Below the pieces are notes generated by a model that was given only the letters and a program-made list of their open reading frames with translations, did no database searches and was not told where the DNA came from. Shown piece after piece: positions 25,301 through 38,500 of a DNA stretch of 64,000 bases. The stretch comes from Puccinia triticina. Taxonomy: Eukaryota. The position numbers and the translations under genes were made by a program. Location of the stretch: contig CP110439.1 of assembly GCA_026914245.1 (NCBI GenBank), forward strand, positions 2,480,001 to 2,544,000, read 5' to 3'. How positions within the stretch are numbered: the first letter of the stretch is position 1; every line of letters starts with the position of its first letter.

Positions 25301-28162
25301 TTTCGAAAAGAACCGAGCCCTGCGAAGAGCGTCGAAACACTCTTGGATTATCGGCAACGGATGCCGATCTTTCTTGGTAAGTGAATTGACTTTTCTAAAA
25401 TCAACACAAAGCCTGACTTTCCCCGAAGTGGGGTGCTTTACCATAACTATTGGTGAAGACCAGGCAGACGTCGACGGACGAATGAACCCGGCTTCCTGCA
25501 ACCCCGCTAGCCGTTCTTTCAACGTTCCTAGAAGGGCCGGCGAAAGTTGTCGCACGGGCTGACGGACTGGCGTCGCGTCCCCGGTATTGACTAGGTGCTT
25601 GATCACCCGCTTTTTCCTCAAAACCCCCTCAATAGGGCCGAATAGAGCTTGAAATCGACTTACTAAGGATGACATCCTCTCCCGAAGGTCGGCGTCCGGT
25701 CCAAACTCAGTGGGTAGGCCCACTGCAATTGGTTCCCTCGGCCCTGCGACTCCTTCGGACTCCATGAGGCAAACGAACGACTCCCGGGCTCCCTCGTAGA
25801 ACCCGTGTCTTCGAATACTCCTTGGAATCAAAACCTTGTTGTCGTCCGACATAACTGCTAACTCGTGAGTAATTATACAACATGCAGACGAGGATGCTAA
25901 GCTAAACTGGACGGCATTACCGTCATGACTTTTCAAGTGCCATAGATTTGAATCCCAGTCCGTTGACACGACGCTATTGGCGATTCAATCCCGGCCTAAG
26001 ATAACGTCGTAGCTTGCCAACGGCGCTACCCTACACTCTACTGCAAAAGGTAAGCTTTCTAAACTAAAACGTACCGTGGCTAATTGATTGTCCGAGATGC
26101 GATCCCCGAAGGCTCCGGTAACCTTAAAGGATATAGGTGAACGATAGATCAGCAGCACACGGTCTAACACAAAACTTTCTGCGACATACGACGAGCCAGC
26201 GCCGGTGTCAATGAGGACCCTGGCCAAACGGCCCTCAACTTGGTGATGGAACTCAGCCTTCACACTCGAAGGTACGTTGTCAACGGTCTCCGCCCAATGA
26301 CAACCGTCCTCACAAAAACAATCACTTACGATGTCGGCGGCGTTAGCTAACGACTCATCCGACCCGGTTGTCCCCATGCCTGGGTGATCAACAATACTTT
26401 CAGGTGCACTCAACTGCTCGGCTCTCGGCCGAGGCAACTCACTGCGGCCCTCCTCTCGAGGACCGGCTTCACCTGGACAAAACTCAAGGGGACTGGCCCT
26501 TTGAGGCTCAGGTAAGTTCGACGCTATTATCACTGGATTACGCAATAAGAGAGAAGAATTACAACTAAATGTCGGTGGGAGAGACTGTTCCTTACCGACT
26601 ACACATTTTTTTCTTAGTTTTTTCTGGGTTAGCGGCTTCCCAGGCCTTCTGAGCGTCCGTCTTTGGTTCGGGACACTTCGCCGCGATGTGGCCGGCTTGC
26701 TTACAGTTGTGGCACGTCGCCACCTTCTTCTTCCCGGCTCTACCTGCTTCGCCTTCGGCTCGACGCTTGCTGGAGCCGCTGGCCATCGACGAAACCGCTT
26801 TGGCCTGTCGATACAAATGATTGTGCCCCACCGCCGTGAGCAACACGCGATCCATTTCCATCGGCTTCCCATCGATGGCCGCCGCGGCCATGATCTCCTG
26901 TACCTTCGCACTGAGACCGGGAGTGAGACCTCTGACGAATGAGGAGATCTCGTCGTAGCCGAAGTTGATCGACTTCGCCTTGGTTTGCCAAACCCTAAAG
27001 CGCTCGTGGAAGACCTGGGCCGTCTCGTTTGGCTCCTGCTTGAGCTTCTCAAGCTCCCTCGCCACCGTCAGGTTCGTAATCCCGATCGGAGACAACTTAA
27101 TCAACCAGGCCTTGAAACTGGTCCAGTCATCAGGTCGCGCCGAGAACGCCGGATCGTAGAAATCCTGCCAAGCTCGCCCCGTGAGGCGTTGACCCGCACA
27201 CGAATGCCAGATGGCCGGGTGGGCCTGACGATCCTTGAGGACCATCGCCATCATACCCAACCATTGCGTCGGATTCTCGTCGACCGTGGCGCCGAACTTC
27301 GGCAGCTCCTTGTCCGGCCATCCCCTAAGGACCTTGCCGGCCTCCACCTCAAGGTGCTTCCTCTCGGGCGGTGCTACCGCCTCCGGTTCAACCATCTTGG
27401 CCTCTGCGGGGGCGGCGGAGCTCTTGGGTGGACCGACTGGCGGGTCCGTGGGTTTATCCTCACTCTTGGAGGTCGCAGCAGGGGGATCAGTCGCTTTTTT
27501 CGACCCCCCCACGCCTAGTTTGCTGGCGATCAGCATCTGTTTGAACGCATCGGTGAGGCTCAGCCTCACGACGTCGTCATCTCGGGCCGAAGAAGCCAGT
27601 GATGAACCTACAGCGTCATCATCCACAAGATCGTAAGTACTATAGTCCACTAGTTCCGCATGACGATTCAACCACTGACGTTGATCTTCGCCCATAGCGT
27701 CGATTTCTTGCTTCGTGTACTTTAGGCCATTCGCCGGCGGCGGGAACGTCACGTTCGCGCCTCCACCTGAGGTTTCCTTCCCGGTGGGCAAGTGCGGCCT
27801 GAACGAAGCAAGCCCATTTTGACTAAACAAACGAAAAAATTTGCGAAGGATAGTCAGTAAGCTGACTTCCGCTAATACTTCTTCCGCAACGTCAATCCGC
27901 AGACAATTCTGCTCTGCCTAGGCTGCACCAGAGGTCGGGTTTCCTCGAGAAACCGACTCGGGCAAGACTTCTACGGCGATAACCCGCCTATCTTCAAACG
28001 TTACAACTAATAGCTCGGCACGCTAAACCCGGGCTTAGTCCCGGCCGGGATGAATAGGCTATTGAGTACCCTGTATAGTACAGGGCTCAACAGCCGCTCC
28101 TCATCCTAGCGTGACATCTGAAATGGGCTACTACGTAGCCCGTCACATGTAGCCCGGCTACA
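22348..28162 (-). mobile_element. Nested Ty3/Gypsy retrotransposon; 3' LTR 22348-22741, 5' LTR reduced to 28003-28162; 4-bp TSD GAGG
   Basis: About 160-bp direct repeat (22577-22741 vs 28003-28162); PPT AGGGGGGGA at 22750-22742; GAGG at 22344-22347 and 28163-28166. The left boundary is inferred from the TSD. Confidence 0.85.
22751..27830 (-). pseudogene. Gypsy gag-pol (gag CCHC, protease, RT, RNase H, integrase) with stops
   Basis: Motifs CHNCKQAGHIAAKC, VLIDTGAG, RLCVDFRKVN..VYLDDILI, ETDASDFAVGAVL, HDELGH..CASC, TDRGSNY..HPQTNGKSER; stops at 25985, 24983 and about 24846. Confidence 0.93.
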
Positions 28163-29447
28163 GAGGACGGCGGCGGCGCGAGCACGGGGCCGAAGTAACT
28201 CCACCTCCGGTCGGATCGGAACCAAACACGGAGCTGCGGCGTGAACTGAGAGCCCTGAGCTCTGAACTCGGACGAGTCGGACGGGTAACGGGCCCCCGAT
28301 TGCTACTCGACACCAAGGCCGCGCGGATCAAAGCCCGCGAACTACACAAAGCCCAGCGCGACTGCTGCGGCCACTACGACTGCACAACAACAGCTCAGCT
28401 GCGGACTGCGCGCAGCCCTTCGACTCCCCAACATGACAGGATTTTTTTTTTCAAGTAAAAATACCAAAAGTGACAAAGGTCAATTATGGCCAATTTTTAT
28501 TTCACAGAGCTTCTCAGCCCACGGTATCAAGAAGACGTCAGACAGCCAACTTTTCAAGGATTCCAGAAAAACCATAGCAATATATCAAACTTCAAAGTGT
28601 CAATCTTCAAGATACGGACCTCTTCACTGCGGAATTGTCTGGGGACAGACAATAAGTTGGGGGAGGATGTGGTACGCAAAAATGTGAAAAATCAAAAGTT
28701 TTTCTTGTGTACATACAGAAGGCCTCAAGATACCATCAATTTGACACCATAAATGGAATCCACGGCTAAATTAACCCCTATTCCCCACTGGAAGCATCAC
28801 TGGAGCCCCACTACACTGGAAGTTAGACCCTCTGGACAACCTGTAGCACCCAGTCAACCACCTGTCAGGCGCCTCAAGTCACATTCCCCGCACCATTCTA
28901 TCCCCACTACATATATTGGTTTGGTTTTGTTTGTTATGTACATGACATCATGCAGCACTGCCCCTGCAGGCTGTGCCCCTTCAACTGAATGGTTCCCCGC
29001 ATTCTAGTTCCTTCTAACTCCACTTTGTTTGGTCTTATTACATCACCTGATCATTCCCTGCACAGCTTATGCACCCCTTGCATAAATTATGACATCATCT
29101 GGCACAGCCCCTCCTCACGTATGCACCCCTTGCATAAATTGTACACAGCCACTCCCTCTTAACTTCCTCATGTTGTACAGTCCAGGCCAGCTAAAATACC
29201 TCACTCAGGGGCTGCCCTGGAGCCAAAATCCCTCACATTTGTCTATATAAGGAGCTCTCTTCCCGCCCATTTGTACTTCCTCAGTTTATTACTCATCAAG
29301 TTTTATACTCACCCATCACCCAAAACACTTACGTACCCACTCAGCCCTCTCACTTACATATAGCAACTCTTACATACTGAATAACAACCTTTTTATACTG
29401 TGTCACGAGGAACTTATCTTGAGCTAACCACTCCTATCACTTATTAA

Positions 29448-29478
<31 letters not shown>

Positions 29479-29568
29479 AGCTGGTAGTATAGAAGGGCAG
29501 AGCTTGCACCTCCTTCATCCCCTTCTCCATTCAGCAAAAGGGTTTCACAACCACTTTTGAGTCTTACA

Positions 29569-30260
29569 CCGGTCATCAAGGGGACTCACACCTCTTGATG
29601 ACCGGTACAGACCGGTCATCAACAGGACGTATTATTCCTCTCTCCCCTCAATGTCCGTCCAGGTCATTGAGAGGAGTAACACCTCCCCTTGATGACTAGT
29701 CTGTGCCGGTCATTGAGGGCACTTCCACCTCTTGATGACCGGTCTATACAGTTCATCAACTAGAGGAGTAACACCTCCCCTCGATTATCATCACTCTGTG
29801 CCGGTCATCGATGGGACTTACACCTCTCGATGACCGGTCAATACAGCTCATCGGGGGGAATAATTCCTCTCGATGACCGGTCCGTACCAGCCATTGAGGG
29901 GAGTAACATCTCCTCTTGATGACCGGTCTGTGCCAGTCATCGAGGGGAGTCTCATGTCCTCTCGATGACCGGTACAGACAGGTCATCGAGGGTGGAGCAC
30001 TCCTCGGTCATTGAGTATAAGGGTCTCTGTACTCCACTCAATGGCCATTGAGCGGCATTAAACCCCAGTCCGACGCTTGATGGCCGGTCATCAAGTGGTG
30101 TGCATAGGACCCAATGGCCGGTCATCACTAGTGGAGTACACACCCCAGTTGATGGCCGGCCATCTGGTTGGATGCATACTCCGCTCGATTGCCGTTCATC
30201 GAGCGGAGTGTGTTTATATACTCCACCCAGTGGTTGGCCATTGAATGGTGGGTTGAAGAG
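29569..30260. repeat. Continuation of the GATGACCGG palindrome array (right part, decaying into GATGGCCGG units)
   Basis: More than 10 further units, some retaining CTCGATGACCGG or GTCATCGAG. Confidence 0.88.
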
Positions 30261-33200
30261 ATATTCTATTGAGGAGCTTATGTAAGCCGCTCCGAGGAGG
30301 CGCGAAGTGTAATGCCCCCTGTTGATCCCCCTTGTCACACAAACGTATGGCCGTACGTTGGTGTGACACACACCAATTCAAGTCAACAGCTTCAAAACCA
30401 AAAAAAGCCAAAATTCAATTCAACAAGGAATTAAATCAATCTATTTTTACAATAGAAAGAAGTCTGAAGAGGAAAACATTAGTAACACAAATTGGGAAGA
30501 CAGAAATTCATAAATTCCAGACTAATCAACAGTAGTTCAGGCTCAAACTTTGGGGCAATGTCAATTGTAAGTCAGATATGTTATTTTTTTCTTTATTTAA
30601 AAATATTTCTTGAATCAGGGAGAAGAAAATGGTGCAGTAAACCAGAAAAAATGTGAAAAAATGTGATCCTTCTGGAAAGACAGTTTTTTTAAACTTGGCA
30701 TCTAGTTTACTACACAACAACTCCCGGATTCAGAATTCACGCCTTGAGTATCTTGAGAATTGTTAATCCTCATTCTGAATTGAATCAATCCATATTTTTT
30801 TTCTGAAAGATCCATGTGCAGTGGAAGTTGGAATTCAGGGTGATTCAACATGTTACAATTCACTTGTGCATGGCTTGCCCTTAAATCCCCACCAAAAAAA
30901 GAAAATTTGGAAAATTTGCTTCAGGGAGCCAGTTACGGCACACAAAAAGAGTTTGCAACTTTATTCCAAGGTGGATACACCACCCACTTCCAAGGGTGTA
31001 AATGTTATATGCTGCCATTTCAAGAATTAACCAGCAAATGGTAGAGCCACTCCACCTCATACCCAAAGCTCATTTCTGCCAATAAATTAGAAGAGAGATC
31101 TCACATCCCTGATTGTTTTAAATGGACTGAATTGGGGATTGCCAATACATGCATTCATCATTCTCAAATGGAACTTAACTATGAAATTTTCAAACGGTCT
31201 GCTTCAATTTAAACACAGGCTCAGCCACTACCAGCCAGATAAAAAAAAAGACTCTCTTCAAACATCAGCACCATTCAAAGAACCCATTCCGCCCAACAAA
31301 CTTGAAGTAAAAATTGGAATTTGAAATCAACTTGCATTTCAACTCCCTCTTCTACGCAACATATAAATCAATCACAACCAGATTTTTGAGTCTTGTACAA
31401 ATTCTTTCCTTAAATCTAAGTGAACATAATGACTTGAGGCGTAAATATTATTCTTCTTCTTATAGTTTTCCAGAGACACATCTTGCTATATGTTGGTTCA
31501 ACCGTTGGAAATCTCAGAAATGGTGAACTAGATCACTTCTGGGATGTTGCTTTTGACTATGAATCACACGTTGTTTGTTTCCATGCATTTTTCTGTCACA
31601 TTTTCAGTAACCTTATTTTCATCCTTGATAAGTGGTGCCTAATTGTATCTAAGCCTTGTGATTTTTTGCTACAATTTTTTCATGTAACAGCTAACCTTGA
31701 AGAATCAGATAACCAACTTGCAACCAAAAAAAAAAAAACATGGGGATACCCTGTTAACCAAGCTGATCTTTTATTCTTCTTGAATTCCTTTGAGGAATAA
31801 AGAATGTCTGCTAGTTGAAACCTGATGGTAATATTTCCGCTTGTATCTTTTACAATTGTTCTTTCTACCAAGCTCCTGAGAAACCTTGTAATGTTTGCTC
31901 TTGTTTTGGGTAGGCTCCTTCACATGTTGAATTTCTCAAGGTTTGGATTTCGGCCAAAGAAAACACCAGCTGAGGCTCTTGGAATTCTAGCAGAGCTGAT
32001 TGCTTGCGGGCCATTGACACAACATGTCAAGCAAAACCAATATAGCATCTGCAGATGGGACAACTGGCATGGAAAATGATGCACATTCAATTAATAGCAA
32101 ATATTTCAAAACACTACTCCCCACATCATTCCTGAAACAATCAAAGGGAGCAAATCTAGAATATGATGATTCAATATAAAATTAGCCAAGAGAGCCACAG
32201 AAATTTGAGTAAGAATAACATGTTGAGATTGAAATTGATACCCAAGATTGTCCACTCATCATGTCAAGCAGACCCAACCTGGGAAATGCATGCATACTGG
32301 AAAACTTGCACAGAGAGTAATGAAGATTCAATCTAAAAGAACTGTTAGAGAGGAATTCAATTTTAGAGAAAACACACCAAAAATTCACCATTAAATCCAA
32401 GTCTATTAAAGCCACAGAAATCATTGACCAAAAAAAAAAAAAATCATGGGTTCCCCCTCCAATTGTACAAATTTACAAAAAAAATTCAAAGGGTTGTGGC
32501 AATTTACTATAAATTTACAAAAAAACCAAACACTCCGCCAATTTTTGACAGCCACATGCAAATCTCAAACAGCCTTCCAACATCAGCAGTGCTGTGCCAC
32601 AGGCTCAGCCCCCAGCCCGCGTCAATCGCACGGGTCAAAAGGACTGGACGTGAAGGCCCCCGGCCCGCAGCAAAAGCTACTTGCCAGTGGGGGGCCCACT
32701 CTTTGCAACTCAAACTGTGCAACTGCTACAGCGGAGAAGTTGAGCGCGACAGATATCTGGAATTACAGCATCTCCGACCGCGCTGGGGGATCATCAACAA
32801 ATCACCTCGCCTTTTAAGGGAATCACTTTTCTCCGTTGAACTTCATCCCGCAAGGTATCTAAATTTTTCCCTCAACTACTGCACCCCTGGCAACTTGGCG
32901 CTGACCCCCCCGCTAATTACCGCCGACAAAACACTACAACGGCATATTTGAACTCCTACATAGTGACCCAATCAGGGTCAATCAGATATGCTGCACCCCT
33001 GACAACGGCTGAAACCACTACCTTGCTTTCCCCCGGCAAACCACACTCGAGGAAAACCCTGGACTGAACGGATTCCGCAAGTAACAAAGTCGACCAAGCC
33101 AGCCGCCGCCACAAGCATCTATCCAGTGCCAGTTGGCCCAGGCCCGTCCTTTCATCAAGGTTACCTTTGCCAAGCAGAACACTAACGTGTGTGGCCAACT

Positions 33201-33560
33201 TTACTAAGGACCCATCGCTACCACCACTTGCCGGGGCAGTCGAATCACGGGTTGACCTCCCCGCCGTCATTCGCCTCAATCCCCATAGCCCAGTCTACGG
33301 TTGCGACGCCACCGCGTCCCGGTTCTCAAGTAATCCCTTTGGTCTTCAAGGCGACAACAGGTATGTTCCACGAAACCGATTCCTCTATAAATAACGCTAA
33401 CTTTCACTATTAGTCGAATCCGTACCCACTTACTCAACCGCAACCTCATCCATCGCATATCAAAACCTACCACCAATCTAAGCTTCAACCAACCAAAAAA
33501 TTTCCCGTTCATCCAATTGTCATTTACGGCAATTAAATACCTGCTTCAAGTTCTCACGTT

Positions 33561-34946
33561 ATGTCGGCTATTTGCACTCCAAACCATCCCGCGGCCTTCA
33601 CCGGTCACTTTGCTCCCATTGAAGAGGTAAGCCCGTTTTCCTATTTCTGTTTAAGCACCTGTCTGACAAATCTCACTATGCAGTCTACAGTCGAGGCCGT
33701 TCAAGCCAATCAGTACGGATATGTTAGAACTCCAAGCTACTTCCAGTGCGGCGGATTCGACCACGTTAAGAGCAAGAACTTCAAGGTCCAGCTTCTTACC
33801 AACACCGCACTTAACAATACTCTGAGTTCAAGCTCAGTTTATGCTATAAGCGGCAAACTCATCGCGATGAACAATGGTTCAACTCCAGTTCTTTCATGCG
33901 CACACGAAACTGTGACACGTATTGGCGAAACGGGCCCCGATCAACCAGACTTCACCAACAAAACAAACGTCACAGGCCTCGGTATGGTTATAGATTGGCG
34001 GGAAGTCGTTTCGACTTCGCCCGCCGCAGGGACTCGACTAGAAGTGACAGTTGCTCATTGCAATTGGGACGGCGAGGTCCGTTTTCTAGCCGCAGCCCCC
34101 CATTGAACTCACCAACTGATTTAATAAACCTTTCCCAGCATTGGTGCCACCGCCGTTTTAACATCAAGTACATCGGGCCCGGCACAAAGAACTTAGTTAA
34201 AACTCATACTTTGTATCAAGTTGGTCGCGAAGTCTACATTATTGGCCGGCTGGTCGATTTTGAAATGGAAACTCATACCGCCGTCGTTGTGGTTAGTACA
34301 TATCTGACGCATATGACCCATAATGCTTAATGAACTCAAAATTACTAACTGATTATAATTAAACTCTTAGGTCTCTTCTGTGAGTATTACTAACGGGCAT
34401 CAACTTGGGCGTAGTGCATGCACTACGTCCCCCAGCGTCTCCTCCGGTAATGGGTTTAAGATGTACGTTCGTCGAATTGATCCTTATTCCTATAGCCAAT
34501 GACCATTACCTGTTTGCAGAACAAAATTCACCCCAAGCCCGATCAGCTCATCTAACAATACTCCTGAGCCCAAACCGTCTACATCCAAGTTAAATGTGAA
34601 TCGCAACAAGAAGTTCACTCCTGAACAACCCCCCCAAAAAGAACCGAGCAATGGAAAACCAAGCAAACCTAATGTCACTGTAATCGCCGACCACAACCCT
34701 TCTCCCAAGGCAACCGTTGATCGATTCGCAGGGGGTCCGACAAATTCTAAAAAGGGAAAGGCCGTCAAACCCGCGACTCGAGAGGATTCGGACAACGGAG
34801 ATAATGACGAATCCGATGACGAAGTAAATGATGAAGACGAGGAGAACTGCGAAGAGGAGGAACAAACCGAAATTGCTAAGCCTAAACGTGGTCGTCCTCG
34901 CAAGGACATCTTGAAAGAGGCCGCGAAGCGAATGAAGAAGTATTAA
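33561..34946 (+). CDS. Helitron accessory protein, multi-exon, beta-rich domains plus acidic tract and C-terminal AT-hook (KPKRGRPRK)
   Basis: ORF blocks 33561-34106, 33896-34330 and 34596-34946 are joined by GT-AG introns (about 33627, 34077, 34292, 34462). An OB-fold or ssDNA-binding role is inference only. Confidence 0.65.
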
Positions 34947-35551
34947 CGGCCGTATAGCTGTAGTGTTTCAGAATCTGAGACCGACGTATCCGTCTCAGCA
35001 AGTCACAACTTATCTGAACTATACGTACACGCATGCGACAATAACGGCAGAAGACGCTTTTTTCCCTTATACTTGTTTTAACTTAGCCGCTTTACTTGTC
35101 GTGCTTCAGCGGCATCAATACTTTTACAATGTTGTTGTATGGCCGTGCAAATGTTTCACTCACCTTTCAAATGATAATTCAGATTCTCATCTCCTTGATA
35201 TTCACTTACGTACAACTTTATGAGAAACAGTCACACAAGCTTGTGTAAAACTGTAGTTCCCTTTAATTTTTACGACAGGAGTTGCCTGTTCTTGGTTAGC
35301 AACAAGATTCAGCTTGACTATTTGGTGAAGTGCCATGACGTTGACGAGTTGTCTCATTTTCATCAAAACGGAGTTTGAGGAAAGTTGACAAATTTTAGCC
35401 CAAAGCAACGTTCAACAAGTGATTATAATGTTTAGTGGCGTGCGATTGTGTACAACATGTCAAGCGAAATGAATTTGAGATTACCTGAGGTTATCTCGCA
35501 AGCTCATATTGACCCACAATTGATCTGAACGTCCTTGCCCAACACATCAAG

Positions 35552-38500
35552 ATGAAAGTCGCCACCAGTACCCACCCCGATTACGAATCTCTAATTTCGA
35601 CGATTGCCGAATATTCTTTTCCGCATTACCTCGGGAGGTGCAACAACATCTGCAACGGTTGCTTTGCCTTTCACTGGAACGACGAATCAACTTTGGCCAA
35701 TCGTAAAAAACAAACAAAAATTTATACAATGTGCTGTCAGAAGAATAAAGTTTCATTACCTTCTGTCGACCGAAGTGCGCAAAGGTATCCGAGTCTCATC
35801 CGCGGTCTCTTGACCAACAAAAATCAATGTGAGTTATTTTAACATCAATTTAAGTAGTCGATATAACATGGCCTTTGACTAACTGATTGACTATCACCAG
35901 GATCGTTGGATTTTCAACAGCTTACGCGGATGTATAATAACGCCCTATCGTTCACGTTGCTAGGAGCAAACATTGACTACTCCGTGGCTGGGCCAATGGG
36001 CGTCAACGTTTTCAAGATTTCCGGGGCTCTAACTCACCGGATATCCAGCATTGAACCGGCCTCCGACGATCCAGGTTTTTGCCAGATTTACGTTGTCGGG
36101 AACCGAGGAATTGAAGAAGCACAATTCCGTATTACTCAAGCGCAAGGCCGAGGGGGGAATACAGGACTGGCAGCTCGAATGGATCCTCAAATCGTGCTTG
36201 AACTAATGGACTTACTCACCAAAATTAACCCATACGCTCAACGGTTCTGCTCCACGATTGACGTTCTTCAAAGGGCGAACGCAAAGACCTTCAAACTCCA
36301 GGGAGTGCCAACGCCGGGGGCGGACCCAAAGCGCTATAATTGTCCAACAATTGATGAGGTGGCCATTGTGCTCCAGGGAAACGGCGATATTATAAGTGAA
36401 CGGCAGATTCTTCTCCACCGTCATGATGATGGTCTCGAATTCATCTCAAACCTACACTTGGCTTACCTCCCGCTCAGGTATCCTTTGTTCTTTCCGTATG
36501 GAGAACAACAGTGGGATAACTTATACCGTGCAACAACATCGCGAGGTAAGCCACGCCGTCCAACTTTATAATGATCAGGTGATCCGAACGGTTCTGACAT
36601 TTTTGTTTAGTCGATAACCAGAAAGTAGAATTGCTTGAATGGTTCTCCTTCATGCTTTTTCGGCGCCGGAAAATATTTTCACCGATCCTAGCCGGCCGGT
36701 CCCTTTTTCAAGAAATATTAGTCAACATGTATGCATGTGTAGAAAATCAGTGAACCTCATTTATAAAAAACAATCAAGTAAAACTCAAAGCAAGCCAGTA
36801 CAATAAACTTGTCAAGTCTCTTGAAAACAAAAAAGAAGCGTCAGGTCGAACTGTTATTTTACCATTGACTTTTATAGGTAGTCCGCGATGCATGCAGCAA
36901 CTCTATCAAGATGCTATGGCGCTTTGTAGAAAGTTTGGCCCCCCTTCCTACTTCATAACGATGACGGCAAACCCAAATTGGCAGGAGATCTTGGACGAGA
37001 CACCCCTCGGCGAAAAGTCTTTCGACCATCCGACCGTTGTTGCAAGGGTGTTTTACCTCAAGATGAAGGAGTTGATTTCACAACTTGTTAAGCTTGAGCG
37101 GTTTGGCCGGGTTGTAGCTTACGTATGGACAGTCGAATTTCAGAAACAGGGATTGCCCCATTTACACTTGATGGTAACCGTTGACGAGAATGACGTCCCA
37201 TCATTGCCTGAAGACATCGACAATATGATTTCCGCTGAGCTCCCGGATCCAATCAAATCGCCAGTCCTCCACAAATTAGTCTGCGAGTTCATGCTGCATG
37301 GTCCTTGCGAATCGCGGCCGTGTTGGAACGGCAACGCCTGTAGATTAGGCTTCCCTAAGGCATTTTCTGAGAGGACAATCAATGTTGATGGCGCTTATCC
37401 TGTATACCTGCGTAGAAATGATGGACGTAGTATCACGAAGCAACGCTCGACATTTGATAATGGTTCAGTTGTTCCTTATTCACCATATTTAACACGGATG
37501 TTTGAATGCCACATTAATGTGGAAGTTCCAGTCAACACTACCGCTATCAAATATCTATATAAATACATAACGAAAGGACACGATCGTCTCTCATTAGCAA
37601 TCGATTTGAATGATGAGGTACAATAATTTATTGAAGGCAGGTACATTGGGCCTTGTGAAGGTAAGCTCCTTGCCCAATCATTTAGCTGCCAATCTGACGT
37701 TTTCCTTTGCAGCCGCCTGGAGGCTTTTCAAAATGCCTTTGTCCGACCAATGGCCCCCCGTAACTCGATTAAGCATTCATGAAGAGGGTGAGCAACTGGT
37801 ATATTTCAAAAGCCAAGATGGACTTGAAGGTCAAATTAACAACGGCAAAGCTACGCAAACGTCTCTGACCGGCTTCATGCTGCTGAACTTCGAGGATGCT
37901 ATTGGTGCGGATGGCCGGCACGCGAGAGATTTGTTTTACGAAGACGTGCCGACGTACTTTTGGTGGGACAAGTCACGCAAAATTTGGGTTCCTCGGAAGA
38001 CGAAGGACGAGTGTGTCGGCAGAATCTTCTCGGTGTCCTATTTGGCAGGCAAAAGGTTTTACCTGAGGGTTTTACTTCTCCATAGGAAGGGCTTCACGTC
38101 TTTCATCGAACTGAGGACAGTCAATGGGGAAGTCTCCGATAATTATCAAGACGCGTGTAACCTCTTGGGTCTCCTTGTAAACGATTTCCTGTACGATGAA
38201 GCCCTGAGCGAAGCTGCGGTTGTCCGGAGTGGTTACCAGCTCGCTCAGATGTTCGCTATGATCTGTGTTCATTCGCCTCCATCGGACCCACTCAAGCTCC
38301 TCAACACTCACTACTTATCGTTCACAGACGACCAGCCAAGGATCGATATGCGCCAGCGTTACAGCAAGCGCTTGAACGACGCAGAGCGAAAGGTCATGGC
38401 GTTGTTTCGCCTTGAGGACATTCTGGCGGAAATGGGTAGCAGTCTCAGGTCGTGCGGACTTAATCCTACGAAGAAGGAGGCGAGGATGTTGGTTGGGATG

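Larger units (their letters stand above)
17381..29568 (+). mobile_element. Non-autonomous gag-only LTR retroelement with ~900-bp LTRs and 4-bp TSD CCGG
   Basis: LTRs 17381-18282 and 28668-29568 (TG..CA, about 10 substitutions and 1 indel by eye); TSD at 17377-17380 and 29569-29572; PPT AAGTTGGGGGAGGA at 28654-28667; no RT or integrase of its own. Confidence 0.92.

Noticed and set aside
26565..26595. Intron removing the Gypsy gag stop (GTAAGG..TTTAG)
   Set aside because: It would restore the pol frame but is only 31 nt, shorter than the other introns here; the one-base-deletion frameshift model is simpler.
17466..29007. Duplicated 84-aa ORFs (17466-17720, 28753-29007) as paralogous genes
   Set aside because: They lie inside the two LTRs of one element.
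17050..30260. CRISPR-like appearance of the palindrome array
   Set aside because: Spacers are only about 8-12 bp and related to each other, the repeats are degenerate, there are no cas genes, and the context is eukaryotic.
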